64,000 nucleotides of DNA from Eledone cirrhosa (lineage: Eukaryota): the NCBI GenBank assembly GCA_964016885.1, contig OZ024752.1, positions 36,270,001 to 36,334,000 of the forward strand. The letters run 5' to 3'. The stretch's first letter is position 1. Every line of letters begins with the position of its first letter. A program made the translations under genes and the position numbers. The notes under the pieces are model-generated. The model ran no database searches and was not told where the DNA came from. It worked only from the letters and a program-made list of their open reading frames with translations. Positions 44,893-58,021 of this stretch are shown here, one piece after another.

Positions 44893-46746
44893 TTGTTGCT
44901 GTTGTTGTTGCTGTTGTTGTTACTATTTCTGTTGTTGCTGTTGTTGTTGTTACCGTTTTTGTTGTTGTGAACTGTTGCTGTTGTTGTTACCATTTTTGTT
45001 GTTGCTGTTGTTGTTGTGTGCTGTTGCTGTTGCTGTTGTTGTTACCATTTTTGTTGTTGCTGTTGTTGTTGTTACCGTTGTTGTTGTGAGCTGTTGCTGT
45101 TGTTGTTACTATTTCTGTTGTTGCTGTTGTTGTTGTTACCGTTTTTGTTGTTGTGAACTGTTGCTGTTGTTGTTACCATTTTTGTTGTTGCTGTTGTTGT
45201 TGTGTGCTGTTGCTGTTGCTGTTGTTGTTACCATTTTTGTTGTTGCTGTTGTTGTTGTTACCGTTGTTGTTGTGAGCTGTTGCTGTTGTTGTTACTATTT
45301 CTGTTGTTGCTGTTGTTGTTGTTACCGTTTTTGTTGTTGTGAACTGTTGCTGTTGTTGTTACCATTTTTGTTGTTGCTGTTGTTGTTGTGTGCTGTTGCT
45401 GTTGCTGATGTTGTTACCATTTTTGTTGTTGCTGTTGCTGTTGTTGTGTGCTGTTGCTGTTGCTGTTCCTGATGTTGTTACCATTTTTGTGGTTGCTGTT
45501 GTTGTTGTTGTTGTTGTTGTGTGCTGTTGATGTTGTTACCATTTTTGTTGTTGCTGTTGTTGTTGTTACCGTTGTTGTTGTGAGCTGTTGCTGTTGTTGT
45601 TACCATTTTTGTTGTTGCTGTTGTTGTTGTTGTTGTGTGCTGTTGCTGTTGTTGTTACCATTTTTGTTGTTGCTGTTGTTGTTGTTGTTGTGTGCTGTTG
45701 TTGTTGTTGTTACCATTTTTGTGGTTGTTGTTGCTGTTGTTACCGTTGTTGCTACCATTTCTGTTGTTGCTGTTGTTGTTGTTGTTGTTACCATTTCTGT
45801 TGTTGCTGTTGTTGTTGTTGTTGTGTGCTGTTGCTGTTGTTGTTGTTGTTGTGTGCTGTTGTTGTTGTTACCATTTTTGTTGTTGCTGTTGTTGTTGTTG
45901 TTGTTGTGTGCTGTTGTTGTTGTTGTTACCATTTCTGTTGTTGCTGTTGTTGTTGTTACCGTTGTTGTTGTGAGCTGTTGTTGTTGTTGTTACCATTTTT
46001 TGTTGTTGCTGTTGTTGTTGTGTGCTGTTGCTGTTGTTGTTACCATTTCTGTTGTTGCTGTTGTTGTTGTTACCGTTGTTGTTGTGAGCTGTTGTTGTTG
46101 TTACCATTTTTGTTGTTGCTGTTGTTGTTGTTGTTGTGTGCTGTTGCTGTTGTTGTTACCATTTTTGTGGTTGTTGTTGCTGTTGTTGTTGTTGTTGTTG
46201 TTGTTGTGTGCTGTTGTTGTTGTTACCATTTTTTTTGTTGCTGTTGTTGTTGTTGTTACCATTTTTGTTGTTGCTGTTGTTGTTGTTGTGTGCTGTTGCT
46301 GTTGTTGTTACCATTTTTGTGGTTGTTGTTGCTGTTGTTGTTGTTGTTGTTGTGTGCTGGTGTTGTTGTTACCATTTTTGTTGTTGCTGTTGTTGTTGTT
46401 GTTACCATTTTTGTTGTTGCTGTTGTTGTTGTTGTTGTTGTGTGCTGTTGCTGTTGTTGTTACCATTTCTGTTGTTGCTGTTGTTGTTGTTACCGTTGTT
46501 GTTGTGAGCTGTTGCTGTTGTTGTTACCATTTTTGTGGTTGCTGTTGTTGTTGTTGTTACCATTTTTGTTGTTGCTGTTGTTGTTGTTGTTACCATTTTT
46601 GTTGTTGCTGTTGTTGTTGTTGTTGTGTGCTGTTGCTGTTATTGTTACCATTTCTGTTGTTGCTGTTGTTGTGGTTACCATTCATGTTGCTACTGTTGTT
46701 GTTACCATTGCTGTTGTTGTTATTGTTATTGTTGTTGTTGTTGTTG
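44816..46746. repeat. Compound (GTT)n repeat with recurrent TACCATTTT and GTGCT interruptions
   Basis: About 1.9 kb; source of the poly-L/V/C ORFs. Confidence 0.96.
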
Positions 46747-46990
46747 ACCTACAAAAAGTGCTCCTGGCCCACAATCATTTGATATCTCTCATATTTCTGC
46801 AGTTATTTTATGTCTCAAGCTGGGAATAACTGAGACAATTATTTACATATGCATTCTTCCTTGACAATAGATTCTCATTGTCACCCATGTTTATTGGTGA
46901 AACTCAGCTATTTAATGAAACAGGACTAGGACTTCCACTGACTGACTAGAGTCTGAGAAGACAGGGATTCCTTTGAATATAACATGTTCA

Positions 46991-48662
46991 CATCAAACCA
47001 CATCTCACCACATCCCACCACAACCCACTATATTCCACCACATTTCACCACATCCCACCACAACCCACTATATTCCACCACATCTCACCACATCCCACCA
47101 CAACCCACTATATTCCACCACATTTCACCACATCCCACCACAACCCACTATATTCCACCACATTTCACCACATCCCACCACAACCCACTATATTCCACCA
47201 CATCTCACCACATCCCACCACAACCCACTATATTCCACCACATTTCACCACATCCCACCACAACCCACTATATTCCACCACATTTCACCACATCCCACCA
47301 CAACCCACTATATTCCACCACATTTCACCACATCCCACCACAACCCACTATATTCCACCACATTTCACCACATCCCACCACAACCCACTATATTCCACCA
47401 CATCTCACCACATCCCACCACAACCCACTATATTCCACCACATTTCACCACATCCCACCACAACCCACTATATCCCACTATATCCCACCACAACCCACTA
47501 TACCCCACCACAACCCATTATATCCCCCCACACGCCACTATATCCCCCCACAACCCACTATATCCCACCACAACCCACCATATCCCACCACAACCCACTA
47601 TATCCCACCACACCCCACTATATCCCCTCACAACCCACTATATCTCCCCACAACCCACTATATCTCACCACAACCCATTATATCCCCCCACTCCCCACTA
47701 TATCCCACCACAACCCACTATATCCCACCACAACCCACTATATCCCACCACAACCCACCATATCCCCCCACAACCCACTATATCCCCCCACAACCCACTA
47801 TATCCCACCATAACCCACTATATCCCACCACAACCCATTATATCCCCCCACACCCCACTATATCCCACCACAACCCACTATATCCCACCACAATCCACTA
47901 TATCCCACCACAACCCACTATATCCCACCACAACCCACTATATCCCCCCACAACCCACTATATCCCTCCACAACCCACCATATCCCTCCACAACCCACCA
48001 TATCCCACCACAACCCACCATATCCCCCCACAACCCACTATATCCCACCACAACCCACTATATCCACCCACAACCCACTATATCCCCTTACAACCCATTA
48101 CATCCCACCACAACCCACTATATCCTACCACAACCCATTATATCCCACCACACCCCACTATATCCCACCACACCCCATTATATCCCACCACAACTCACTA
48201 TATCCTCCCACAACCCACTATATCCCCCCACAACCCACTATATCCCACCGCAACCCACTATATCCCACCACAACCCACTATATCCCACCGCACCCCATTA
48301 TATTGCACCACAACCCACTATATGCCCCCACAACCAATTATATCCCACCACAACCCACTATTTCTCACCACGACCCACTATATCCCACCACAACCCACTA
48401 TATCCCACCACAACCCACTATATCCCACCACAACCCTTTATATCCCACCACAACCCACTATATCCCACCACACCCCATTATATCCCACCACAACCCACTA
48501 TGTCCCCCCACAACCCATTATATCCTACTATATCCCACCACAATCCACTATATCCCACCACAACCCACTATGTCCCCCCACAACCTACTATATCCCACCA
48601 CAATCCACTATATCCCACCACAACCCACTATATCCCACCACAACCCACTATATCCCACCACA
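46991..48662. repeat. C/A-rich minisatellite built from 10-mers (40-bp then 20-bp units)
   Basis: Exact 10-nt register maintained for about 1.67 kb. Confidence 0.96.
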
Positions 48663-48872
48663 TAGATAGATTGATGGAGTTGTAGGGGCACTATATTAAC
48701 ATACAGTGTTTCTTGGCCATTCCTCGGAACAAGAGATATTAACCTTGAAATATCAAGACATAAGAACAAATTAAGGTTAAAAACAATCCTGTTTCTTACG
48801 ACTTAATTATTTTTCATCCAACCCACAATGTCGTGGCTTTCAAATTTCAAATTCTTTATATATATTTATAAG

Positions 48873-48903
<31 letters not shown>

Positions 48904-48904
<1 letters not shown>

Positions 48905-49238
48905 CATCATCATCATCATCATTTCATTTAACGTCCACTTTTTCCCTGCTTGCAAGGGTGGGACGGGAACTGATTCTGGCTTGATTTCTACAGCTGGATG
49001 CCCTTCCTAACACCAACCTCATTTACGGTGCTTTTTTGCCGTGGCACCTCCACGACCACTTTGCAGTGGAATGATATGGACTCCAGTCCCTATCATCTCA
49101 TTTCTACAGCTGAGTAAACTGGAGCAATGTGAAATAAAGTGTCTTGCTCAAGGAAACAACACATCACCCGGTCTGAGAATTGAACTCACAACCTTTCGAT
49201 TGCAAGGCCAATGCTCTAACCACTAAGCCATGTGCCTC
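48904..49238 (-). mobile_element. SINE family B copy
   Basis: Near-identical to 38958-39305. Confidence 0.88.
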
Positions 49239-49250
49239 ACATAATTATAT

Positions 49251-49387
49251 ATATTTATTAAAATAATAGATTAAAGTTTAAGCAAAGAATCGCTGCTTTC
49301 ACCCTTAACGGGATCTTCAGAAGATCCCGTTAAGGGTGAAAGCAGCGATTCTTTGCTTAAACTTTAATCTGTTATTTTAATAAATAT
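49251..49387. repeat. Near-perfect 137-bp palindrome (68-bp arms, 1-nt loop at 49319)
   Basis: Direct reverse-complement comparison shows one mismatch. Confidence 0.95.
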
Positions 49388-49605
49388 TTGCTCTACGGTT
49401 CTTATATATCTGAGATATATTATTCCTTATCGAGCCCTCTTTGGATTTTAGTCTTCAAATTTATTATTATTACTATATATATATATATATATACTAATTT
49501 AAGGTATCATAACATATATAATATGTATGATGATTATGTTTCTCAGTAAAAAATCCCCATTGACATTTGCTCAGAGCATCAATAATTCAAATTAAAAGAT
49601 ATATA

Positions 49606-49836
49606 TCATTATCATCATCATCATCATCATCATCATCATTTTATGTCCGTTTTTCCCTGCTTGCAAGGGTGGGACGGGTCTTATTCAGCACAGCATCTCT
49701 CCACTTGTCACGGTCCTTCGTCATCCCCACCGTGAGCTTCAGCGATCTGGGGTCTGTTCTCACCACCTCCGCCCGCCCATGTTTTTCGTGGTCTTCCTCT
49801 ACCACGTCTTCCTTCAACTGGCATTTCCTGGCACTT
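49606..49836 (-). mobile_element. RTE LINE 3' end with (GAT)n tail
   Basis: EVVRTD.RSLKLTVGMTKDRDKWRDAVLNKTRPT followed by the same tail as SINE family B. Similar remnants at about 1120-1250 and 15335-15470. Confidence 0.75.
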
Positions 49837-49877
<41 letters not shown>

Positions 49878-49882
<5 letters not shown>

Positions 49883-50638
49883 CCAAATCTCCAAACATCC
49901 TTGGAACTTACCTACTTTTCAACCATCCTCTTACGTCATCACCTATATAACTCACCCACACACACACACCCCAAAAATTTTTTTTCCACACGCCACCCAC
50001 ACCCACAACATGCTTAAACCCCACACACACGTGCTTCCCACCACATATTTACACCCTCAGCCTCCTGATTCCTCTCCCCCCACCCCCTATCCACACACGC
50101 ACAGACACTCCGACCCACAAACCCCCCCCTCACACACCTCTTCCTGAACATGCAACCCCGTTCTTCCCCCAACCCTCACTTTCACATACACACACACACA
50201 CACACGCACACCTACACACACACACCACCTTCAGCCCTCCCCGCTCGGACACCCCATCTCCCTCTCCCCACTCCACCCGCCACCACCCCTACTCACCCCA
50301 CACCCTTCCACCACCTGTTTACCCCCCTTTTAATTTCAGTTTATTTTGATCATGCCTTTATTTTTAAATTTTCTCATTCCTTGTATTTTGATCATGCTTT
50401 ATTTTTATTTTTTATATTTTTTATCTTTATTTGTTAATTTTTCATTCGCACCGTTTCCTTTCGCTATATGTCTCTCCACCACTCCCCTACACACCTTTTG
50501 AACTCCCCACACACTTCTCACCTGAGGAAGGGCTTATGCCCGAAACGTCGTCCCCCACCTACCCCCCACTCTCCTGAGCGTGAATTTACTAAACATTTAT
50601 TGTACTGCCTCTCTGTTCTGTCCCTGTTCAAATTTTTC

Positions 50639-50640
<2 letters not shown>
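49878..50640 (+). mobile_element. Penelope-like element 3' remnant with a degenerate minimal hammerhead (50522-50552)
   Basis: C-rich tract then CTGAGGA-A-GGGC[TTAT]GCCC-GAAA-CGTCG, the pattern typical of Penelope-like terminal repeats. Flanked by (TA)n on both sides. Stem I is only about 2 bp. Confidence 0.5.
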
Positions 50641-50680
<40 letters not shown>

Positions 50681-50705
50681 AAGCGGACGTAAAATGACAA
50701 TGATG

Positions 50706-50748
<43 letters not shown>

Positions 50749-51564
50749 CACACACACACATGTATAGGTGTGACATATTACTAGTTTAGACCTGTAAGAC
50801 CACTATTCAATTTAATACTCTATACTTAAAAACTATTATAAATTAAGCAAACACCCAGTCACTAAACTAACTGTTGAATGGATTTGTAACTCAACAAATA
50901 ATAAACTGAAATAAAATTCAACTGGTGCATGTGTTTTTATTGACAGCATGACACTCCCAAAGTATGACTATATATATATATATATATATATACACACCCA
51001 CACACACACGAATATATATATAACTGACTTCTAATTTATATATATACATATATATAATATATATATATATAGGAAAAAAAGTCAGAACCCCGACGGCTGA
51101 GCTCTGGCTGTTTCGACAGCTAGACGAAAAAACACACAGTCCACGCTGTAATGTGGCCGTGTAGGTAACACGGTAAAAACCTCCCAGTTCACACTGTAAA
51201 CGTGGTTGGTGTTAGGAAGGGCATCCAGCCGTAGAAAGCCCGCCAGACAGTCCTATGCAAGCAAGACAACCACTCTTGCCTCAAGTGGGAAAACTCCCGT
51301 CCAAACCCATGCAAGCATGGAAGATGGACGTTAAACGATGATGATGATGATGATGATATATATATATATAGCTCCAGTTTACTCAGCTGTAGAAATGAGA
51401 TGATAGGGACTCGTGGACTGTGTGTTTTTTTTGTCGTAACACCTACACGACCTCATTTGTTTCGGACTGGATGTTGTGGTATATATATATATATATATCA
51501 AAAGTGGAAGTATACAGTCAAACCTCAATCTGAGATATAAATTTGAATTTGAGTTTGAATAGTT

Positions 51565-52050
51565 TAATAGAAATGATTTCATATGGGTTTGAGGTTTAAG
51601 GTGTTAAAATAAACATGGATATTTAATAGAGATGATTTCATGCTGTTTGAGGTTTAAGGGGTTAAGGTTAACATGGGTATTTAATAGAGATGATTTCACA
51701 AGATTTGAGGTTTAAGGAGTTAAGGTAAACCATTGAGTTAATATAACAGAGATGGTTTCAGGTGCATTGAGGTTTAAGGGGTTTAGGTAAACATGGGTAT
51801 TAATTTAATAGATGGTTTCAGGTGGATTATGGTTTAAGGGGTTAAAGTAGACATGGATATTTAATAGAGATAGTTTCAGATGGGTTAAAGTTTAAGTGGT
51901 TAAGGTATACATGGGCATTAATTTAATACCCGTGTTAATTTCAGGTGGGTTGGAGTTTAAGGGGTTAAAGTAGACATGGGTATTAATTTAATAAAGATTG
52001 TTTCAGGTGGGTTAGGGTTTAAGGGGTATAAAGTAAACACTAGTGTTAAT
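51565..52050. repeat. Degenerate ~56-60-bp tandem repeat
   Basis: Recurrent GAGGTTTAAGGGGTTAAGGTAAACATGGG...AATAGAGATGGTTTCA. Confidence 0.8.
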
Positions 52051-52445
52051 TTCTACAATCAATGTTGTATTTTTAAATAACAATATGCTCTATTTATAGT
52101 GTAGAAAATGTGAAATAGATTGTGAAGATCTAGAATAACAGCCAAGCAAGATCCTGTCCCCTTATTGGTTAATTGCTGTTGTTGTCTTGCTGCTTGATTT
52201 TTAACTGATAGTGGTATAAGCTTCTCTACTCCACTTTTAAATATTACATTCTCCTGACTTTCATTGTACTAAATGACATACAATTTGCCTAACCATCTGA
52301 TTTTATAAGGTTATAGCCTGTAATCTTAGTTTTTATAAGGTTTATAGCCAGTAATCTGAAGCCCTAAATAGTGGGGCGTAGTGTGTGTGTGTGTGGTAGT
52401 GGTGGTGGTGGTGGCGGTGGTGGTGTGTGTGTGTGTGGGGGGGGG

Positions 52446-52742
52446 GGCTAAATGGATAATTTTTCTAGGTTGTCTCCCTTGATTTTTTTTAAAAACCAGA
52501 ATTAGTCGTTTAGTTTACATATTAAGACCCCAATCTATACTATTTATGATATAACCTATGAGATTTCTTGTAATGTTCTTTTTTGTTGTTGTTGGCTAAA
52601 TGGATAATTTTTCTAGGTTGTCTCCCTTGATTTTTTTTAAAAACCAGAATTAATCGTTTAGTTTACATATTAAGACCCCAATCTATACTATTTATGATAT
52701 AACCTATGAGATTTCTTGTAATGTTCTTTTTTGTTGTTGTTG
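52446..52742. repeat. 148-bp direct tandem duplication
   Basis: GGCTAAATGGATAATTTTTCTAGG begins at both 52446 and 52594. Confidence 0.9.
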
Positions 52743-52949
52743 TCATGTATAATATTTTTTGATGTCTAAAGAAAATTAAATGTTGCAGGAATGCTACCAC
52801 TTAAAATAAAATTTCACCGGAGATAGATTAGGAAAATTTAATAAGCACAGGGTGAGGGTGAAATAAGAGGTGTGTGGGGGGTGGAATAAGAGGGGTGATG
52901 GAAAAAATGGAAAAAATTAATGAGCAGGGAGAAGAGGTGGGGCAGACGA

Positions 52950-53362
52950 TTATTTAAGACCCTAGAGTAGATGCTATAACTACTAAATAAAAGGATAGAT
53001 AAGAGGGGAGATCTGAAAAACTAATAAGCAGGCTGGAGGGTGTATTTGAGACCCTAGAGTAGATGCTATAACTACTAAATAAAAGGATAGATAAGAGGGG
53101 AGATCTGAAAAACTAATAAGCAGGCTGGAGGGTGTATTTGAGACCCTAGAGTAGATGCTATAACTACTAAATAAAAGGATAGATAAGAGGGGAGATCTGA
53201 AAAACTAATAAGCAGGGTGGAGGGTGTATTTGAGACCCTAGAGTAGATGCTATAACTACTAAATAAAAGGATAGATAAGAGGGGAGATGTGAAAAACTAA
53301 TAAGCAGGGTGGAGGGTGTTATTTGAGACCCTAGAGTAGATGCCATAACTACTAAATAAAAT
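52950..53362. repeat. 92-bp tandem repeat, about 4.4 copies
   Basis: ACCCTAGAGTAG at 52959, 53051, 53143 and onward. Confidence 0.92.
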
Positions 53363-55007
53363 ATTATGTTTATTTTATATCAAATTATAATAATCTATAA
53401 TAAATTGCTGGGAAAATATTTTGAATACATAATGTTATTAAAATGTTAGTTATTTTATAGTTTATGTAGTGCATAAGTAAATGACATTCTTGTAACTTTT
53501 ATTTTTGTATAAATTAAAAACACACACACACAAAAAATACAATAAAAATGAGTGTATTCTAAAATTTGGTAAAATATACAATAGTGACACCATCTTTCAG
53601 AATTATATGATAATTAGGTTGTCTAGACTGTATAATTTTCTAGTTGTGGGAGAAACTCTATGCTAAGTAGACATGCATAAACATACATTCACACATAGTT
53701 ATAGATAGTCTCTCTCTATCTCTCTCACACACACACACACATACATACACATGTATGTACACATATTTACATATATTTACACATAGTTATACACAGTCTC
53801 TCCCTCTCATATACACACACATATATATATATCTATATATATATATATATTCACATGAATACACATATACACTGACGCACATATTCTAAACTGGTACAAC
53901 CTGTTTTTGATCAGTAAACATAACAAATAAAGTGATCTGATTATTTTTTAGGTTAACAGTTAAAGACGATAAAAATATGTAGAATTTACCTTAAGAACCA
54001 GACATATGACATTATACCGACATTACGTTAAAGCAAAATAAATGAATAAATTTATCTACTCTGAATTAATAATTATACGAAGAATGACTGACAAGATCTT
54101 AGATCTCAGACCTCACTCACTTACCGACTGAGGTCTAGGGTAGAACTCATCAAATCAGATGAAGGAGACAATGGGTCCATTAGTTTTTCAATTACTGATA
54201 CAATCTACTAGTTGCAACTCCTGGCAGAAAGAGCAGTGTGAAATAAAGTGTCTTTCTGAAGGACATAACACATCGCCCATTCTAGTAATTGAACTCGCAA
54301 CCTCATGATTGTGAATCCAATTCTCTAACCACTAAGCCTTCACTATATAATAACTAGATGCATTTTTTTTTTTCTAGTTTGTAGAGTTGAAATATTAGAA
54401 CAGAAATTACTGGGGCTTGTTAGTGTTGTTATTGTTTTCTATATAATACAGAGAGGATTAATTTTTGAAAATCCTCATTTCGACACAAGGTGCCGAATTG
54501 GCAGTTGCTAGAATATCAGGTAAAATGCCTTGCAGTATTTGTTCCGGCTTTCTGCTCTCTGAGTTCAAATCCCGCTGAAGTCAACTTTGCCTTCCATCCT
54601 TTCGAGGTTAATAAAAAAAGTACCAGTCAAGTGCTTGGATCGATTCTTCCTCTATATCTCTTTCTCACTTCCTTTCTCTCACTCTCTCTATGGAAGAAAT
54701 CTGGTGTATTGGAACCTGGAGAGGAGATAGGCTTCACCAGGTTTTAAAATGCCCTAGAAATTTGTATATCAATATAGCACCCCAAAGACTTCCTCAGTAG
54801 TTATGGGTCCATACCATACCATATAGACATCACTGTGTGGTGTGGTTAAGATGTTTGCTTTGTAATCAGAGTGTTTTGGGTTCAATCTTACTGTGCAGCA
54901 CCTTAGATGAAAACTATTGAGTTGACCGATATCTTGTGACATTTGGTATACTGAAATTATGTGCAAGCCCATCATATATATATATATATATATATATACA
55001 CATGTGT

Positions 55008-55255
55008 AGTTTCCTTGAGCAAGACACTTTATTTCACATTGCTCCAGTTTACTCAGCTGTAGAAATGAGATGATAGGGACTGGGGTCCATATCATTCCAC
55101 TGCAAAGTGGTCGTGGAGGTGCCATGGCAAAAAAGCACCCAGCACTCACTGTAAATGAGGTTGGTGTTAGGAAGGGCATCCAGCTGTAGAAATCAAGCCA
55201 GAAACAGTCCCGTCCCACCCTAACAAGCAGGGAAAAGCGAACATAAAAATGATGT
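55008..55255 (+). mobile_element. 5'-truncated SINE family B copy
   Basis: Matches the family B core and tail. Confidence 0.82.
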
Positions 55256-55612
55256 ATGTATATGTATATATATCATCATCATTAAAATTAAAAAAATATA
55301 CACAATTAATTAAAAGGTTGATTAGTTTCTAAAAACTTAAACATCTCAAAACCATGGTAGAGAAATGTTTATATAAGTGAAACTAACTTAATTTTGTCTG
55401 CCTGTTTTTATTCCCATAAATAGAGTGTTTTTCACTTAAATTTAATATATAATTAACATTATAGGGGCTAGTCTGCTCCCCTACCTTCTTTTTTCCATAT
55501 ACTATTCACTTTCCTGACATTTGTACATTATTCTATGTACTATACATGCACCTCTGATGAGTTGTAGTGCACCTGAGCACTGTACACAATAATTTCATTA
55601 TTATTATTATTA

Positions 55613-55873
55613 GGAATCAAATGCTGTGTGCAGGAGAGGCGGTTGCGCTGGTATGGACATGTGATGCGTATGAAGGATGACAGCTGCATAAAAAGGTGCA
55701 GAGCACTAGAAGTTGATGGAAACCGCGGAGTGGGGAGACCCAAGATGACCTGGGATGAGGTGATAAAAGCTGACCTTACCCAATTACACCTCTCAAAGGC
55801 GATGACACACGACCATGACTTCTGGCGTCACGCAGTAATACAGAGTACCCGACCTCCCATGGGTACAAGCTGA
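55613..55873 (+). mobile_element. RTE LINE 3' end
   Basis: QERRLRWYGHVMRM...GNRGVGRPKMTWDEVIKADL...DHDFWRHAV. Directly preceded by a CR1-type 3' tail (about 55505-55612). Confidence 0.85.
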
Positions 55874-56299
55874 AGCATATAGACAATATGCCCCCACACC
55901 CCCCACCGCAAGGTGGTCGTGGAGGTGTCACGGCAAAAAAGCACCCAGCCCACACTGTAAAGTGGACGTGTAGGCGCCACGGCAAAAGCACCCAGCACTC
56001 ACTGTAAATGAGGTTGGTGTTAGGAAGGGCATCCAGCTGTAGAAATCAAGCCAGAATCAGTTCCTGTATGAGCAAGGCATGGTCAGCCGACCAGACACTG
56101 CCCACAACAGTGCAACCCGTCTAACCCATGCTAGCGTGGAAGAACGGACGTAAAACGGTGATGATGATGATGATGAAGATGGATTCAGTAAGAAACTGGT
56201 TAGACCTTTATTCACCAGAGTACTCAATACTAAGGGTAGTAGAGTCCGGAACTAGCTCTTGAAAAGGGAAGAGCTCAGCTGTCGGAGCCCTAACTCTTT

Positions 56300-56339
<40 letters not shown>

Positions 56340-56486
56340 ATTTTGTTTGTTTACCCTCGCGACCCCTTTATTTACGTGTCCCAATGACTTTTTTTAGCCA
56401 TTGCTCGCACCAACCGGAGGTATATGGTCTTTAAAGCGATGAAATACCTATGATAGTTGGAAGATCACTGATGAAGGACAAACTTT

Positions 56487-56537
<51 letters not shown>

Positions 56538-56664
56538 AAAGTTCTATTTAAATTGTTGGGATACAACAAGCAAATATTTTGATAACTGATATAAAGCACT
56601 CAACAAATAATTGGAGTAAAAATACGATATCAATAAATGGAAACTATATTTATAAAACCATATT

Positions 56665-56729
56665 TATTTCATTATACATATTTCAAGGACACCGAGTTAA
56701 ATTATGGTGTGCTTTCATCAGATAAAATA
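56665..56729 (-). ncRNA. Hammerhead ribozyme motif, second family
   Basis: Minus strand reads TATTTTAT-CTGATGA-AAGcACACC...GGTGTcCTT-GAAA-TATGTA-TA-ATGAAATA. 8-bp stem I. Confidence 0.68.
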
Positions 56730-56936
56730 TAATATAGAGCAGTTTTATAAATAAATATTGACATACCCTTAAAGAATGCAACCATTACTGTTGGAAGCTC
56801 CCGGATAGTTAATGTTAATTATATATATATATATATACTGTATATATATGTCAAATCTATATATATACTGTATATAATCTATATATATACTGTATATATA
56901 TGTCAAATCTATTTATCTATAAAACTGTCTATATTG

Positions 56937-57002
56937 TATTTTGTCTGAAGAAGGCATAACATATTTTTAATATGATATCCCTGAAATATATATAATGAAA
57001 TA
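56937..57002 (+). ncRNA. Hammerhead ribozyme motif, second family
   Basis: TATTTTGT-CTGAAGA-AGGcATAACATATT[TTT]AATATGATATcCCT-GAAA-TATATA-TA-ATGAAATA. Confidence 0.66.
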
Positions 57003-57416
57003 GATATGGTTTTATAAATATAGTTTCCATTTATTTAATATCGTAAATATACTCCAAATACTTGTTGAGTGCTATTATATCAGTTATAAATATTTACTAG
57101 TTGTAACCCAACAATTTAAATATAACTTTCCATGTACTGTATATATATATATTTTTTTTTTTCTACTAGCATTTTAAGGGGTCCATCAACCTGCGGATTA
57201 CAGAGTCGGGTAAGATTGATACAGATCGAACTTTGAGCTGATCAGTGGTGAAACACGCGTCACCAACCAATAAATGTAATGAAGGAGTAACCAATCGTCC
57301 TTGTTATCTTTTCAATATAATACACTCTGTATAGCTCTACACCTAGACACAGAAGTGAACCTAAACATCAAATGCTCTCCCGGGTGAACCTGCAGTAACT
57401 CCAAGTTACACTCCCT

Positions 57417-57478
<62 letters not shown>

Positions 57479-57554
57479 CGAAGGAAATGTGGTAAGGAAC
57501 CAGATGGACCATAACGCACCAAAGTACTCAATACTTAGAGTAGTAGAGTGGGTA

Positions 57555-57671
57555 ATAGGAACGAGTAGGACCCCGATGGCTGAGCTCAATCCGTTTCGAC
57601 GGCTAATTCTGGTCCAGAATTAGCCGTCGAAACGGCTTGAGCTCAGCCGTCGGGGTCCTACTCATTCCTAT
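57555..57671. repeat. Near-perfect 117-bp GC-rich palindrome (axis 57613)
   Basis: ATAGGAACGAGTAGGACCCCGATGGCTGAGCTC...GAGCTCAGCCGTCGGGGTCCTACTCATTCCTAT. Related single arms at about 16058-16103, 51080-51123 and 56244-56300. Confidence 0.92.
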
Positions 57672-57888
57672 ATATATGTATTGTTATGCTTTGGGAGTGT
57701 CTTGTTGCCAATAAGAAACACACGCACCAGTTGCTTTCACTTCAATTTATTATATATTAAATTTATAAATTTAAGAATTTATAAATTTCCGGTTGGTTGG
57801 TTGGCAACATAACCCTCCCAAAGTATAACAATATTGGTTTCAACACACGTTTTCAGATAAAGAATCTTGCTAAACAAATTCAGAAACG

Positions 57889-57944
<56 letters not shown>

Positions 57945-57988
57945 ATACATACAGCCGGATGGCTGAAACACGTAAAAGAGTAAAAGTG

Positions 57989-58021
<33 letters not shown>

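Larger units (their letters stand above)
56532..57133. repeat. Diverged inverted repeat (arms about 220 bp) with one hammerhead per arm; related partial copy at 59026-59305
   Basis: AATTGTTGGGATACAAC...TTTCATCAGATAAAATA is mirrored by TATTTTGTCTGAAGA...GTTGTAACCCAACAATT. Confidence 0.85.

Noticed and set aside
44730-48685. Long ORFs (444, 413, 570, 561 aa)
   Set aside because: Translations of (GTT)n and CCA-rich minisatellites, open in several frames only because the repeats lack stop codons.
57235-57280. CTGATCA-GTGGT-GAAACACGCGTC
   Set aside because: Core mismatch and no stem II; possibly a decayed Penelope-like terminus but unsupported. The truncated CTGATGAAGG at about 56468 likewise lacks GAAA.
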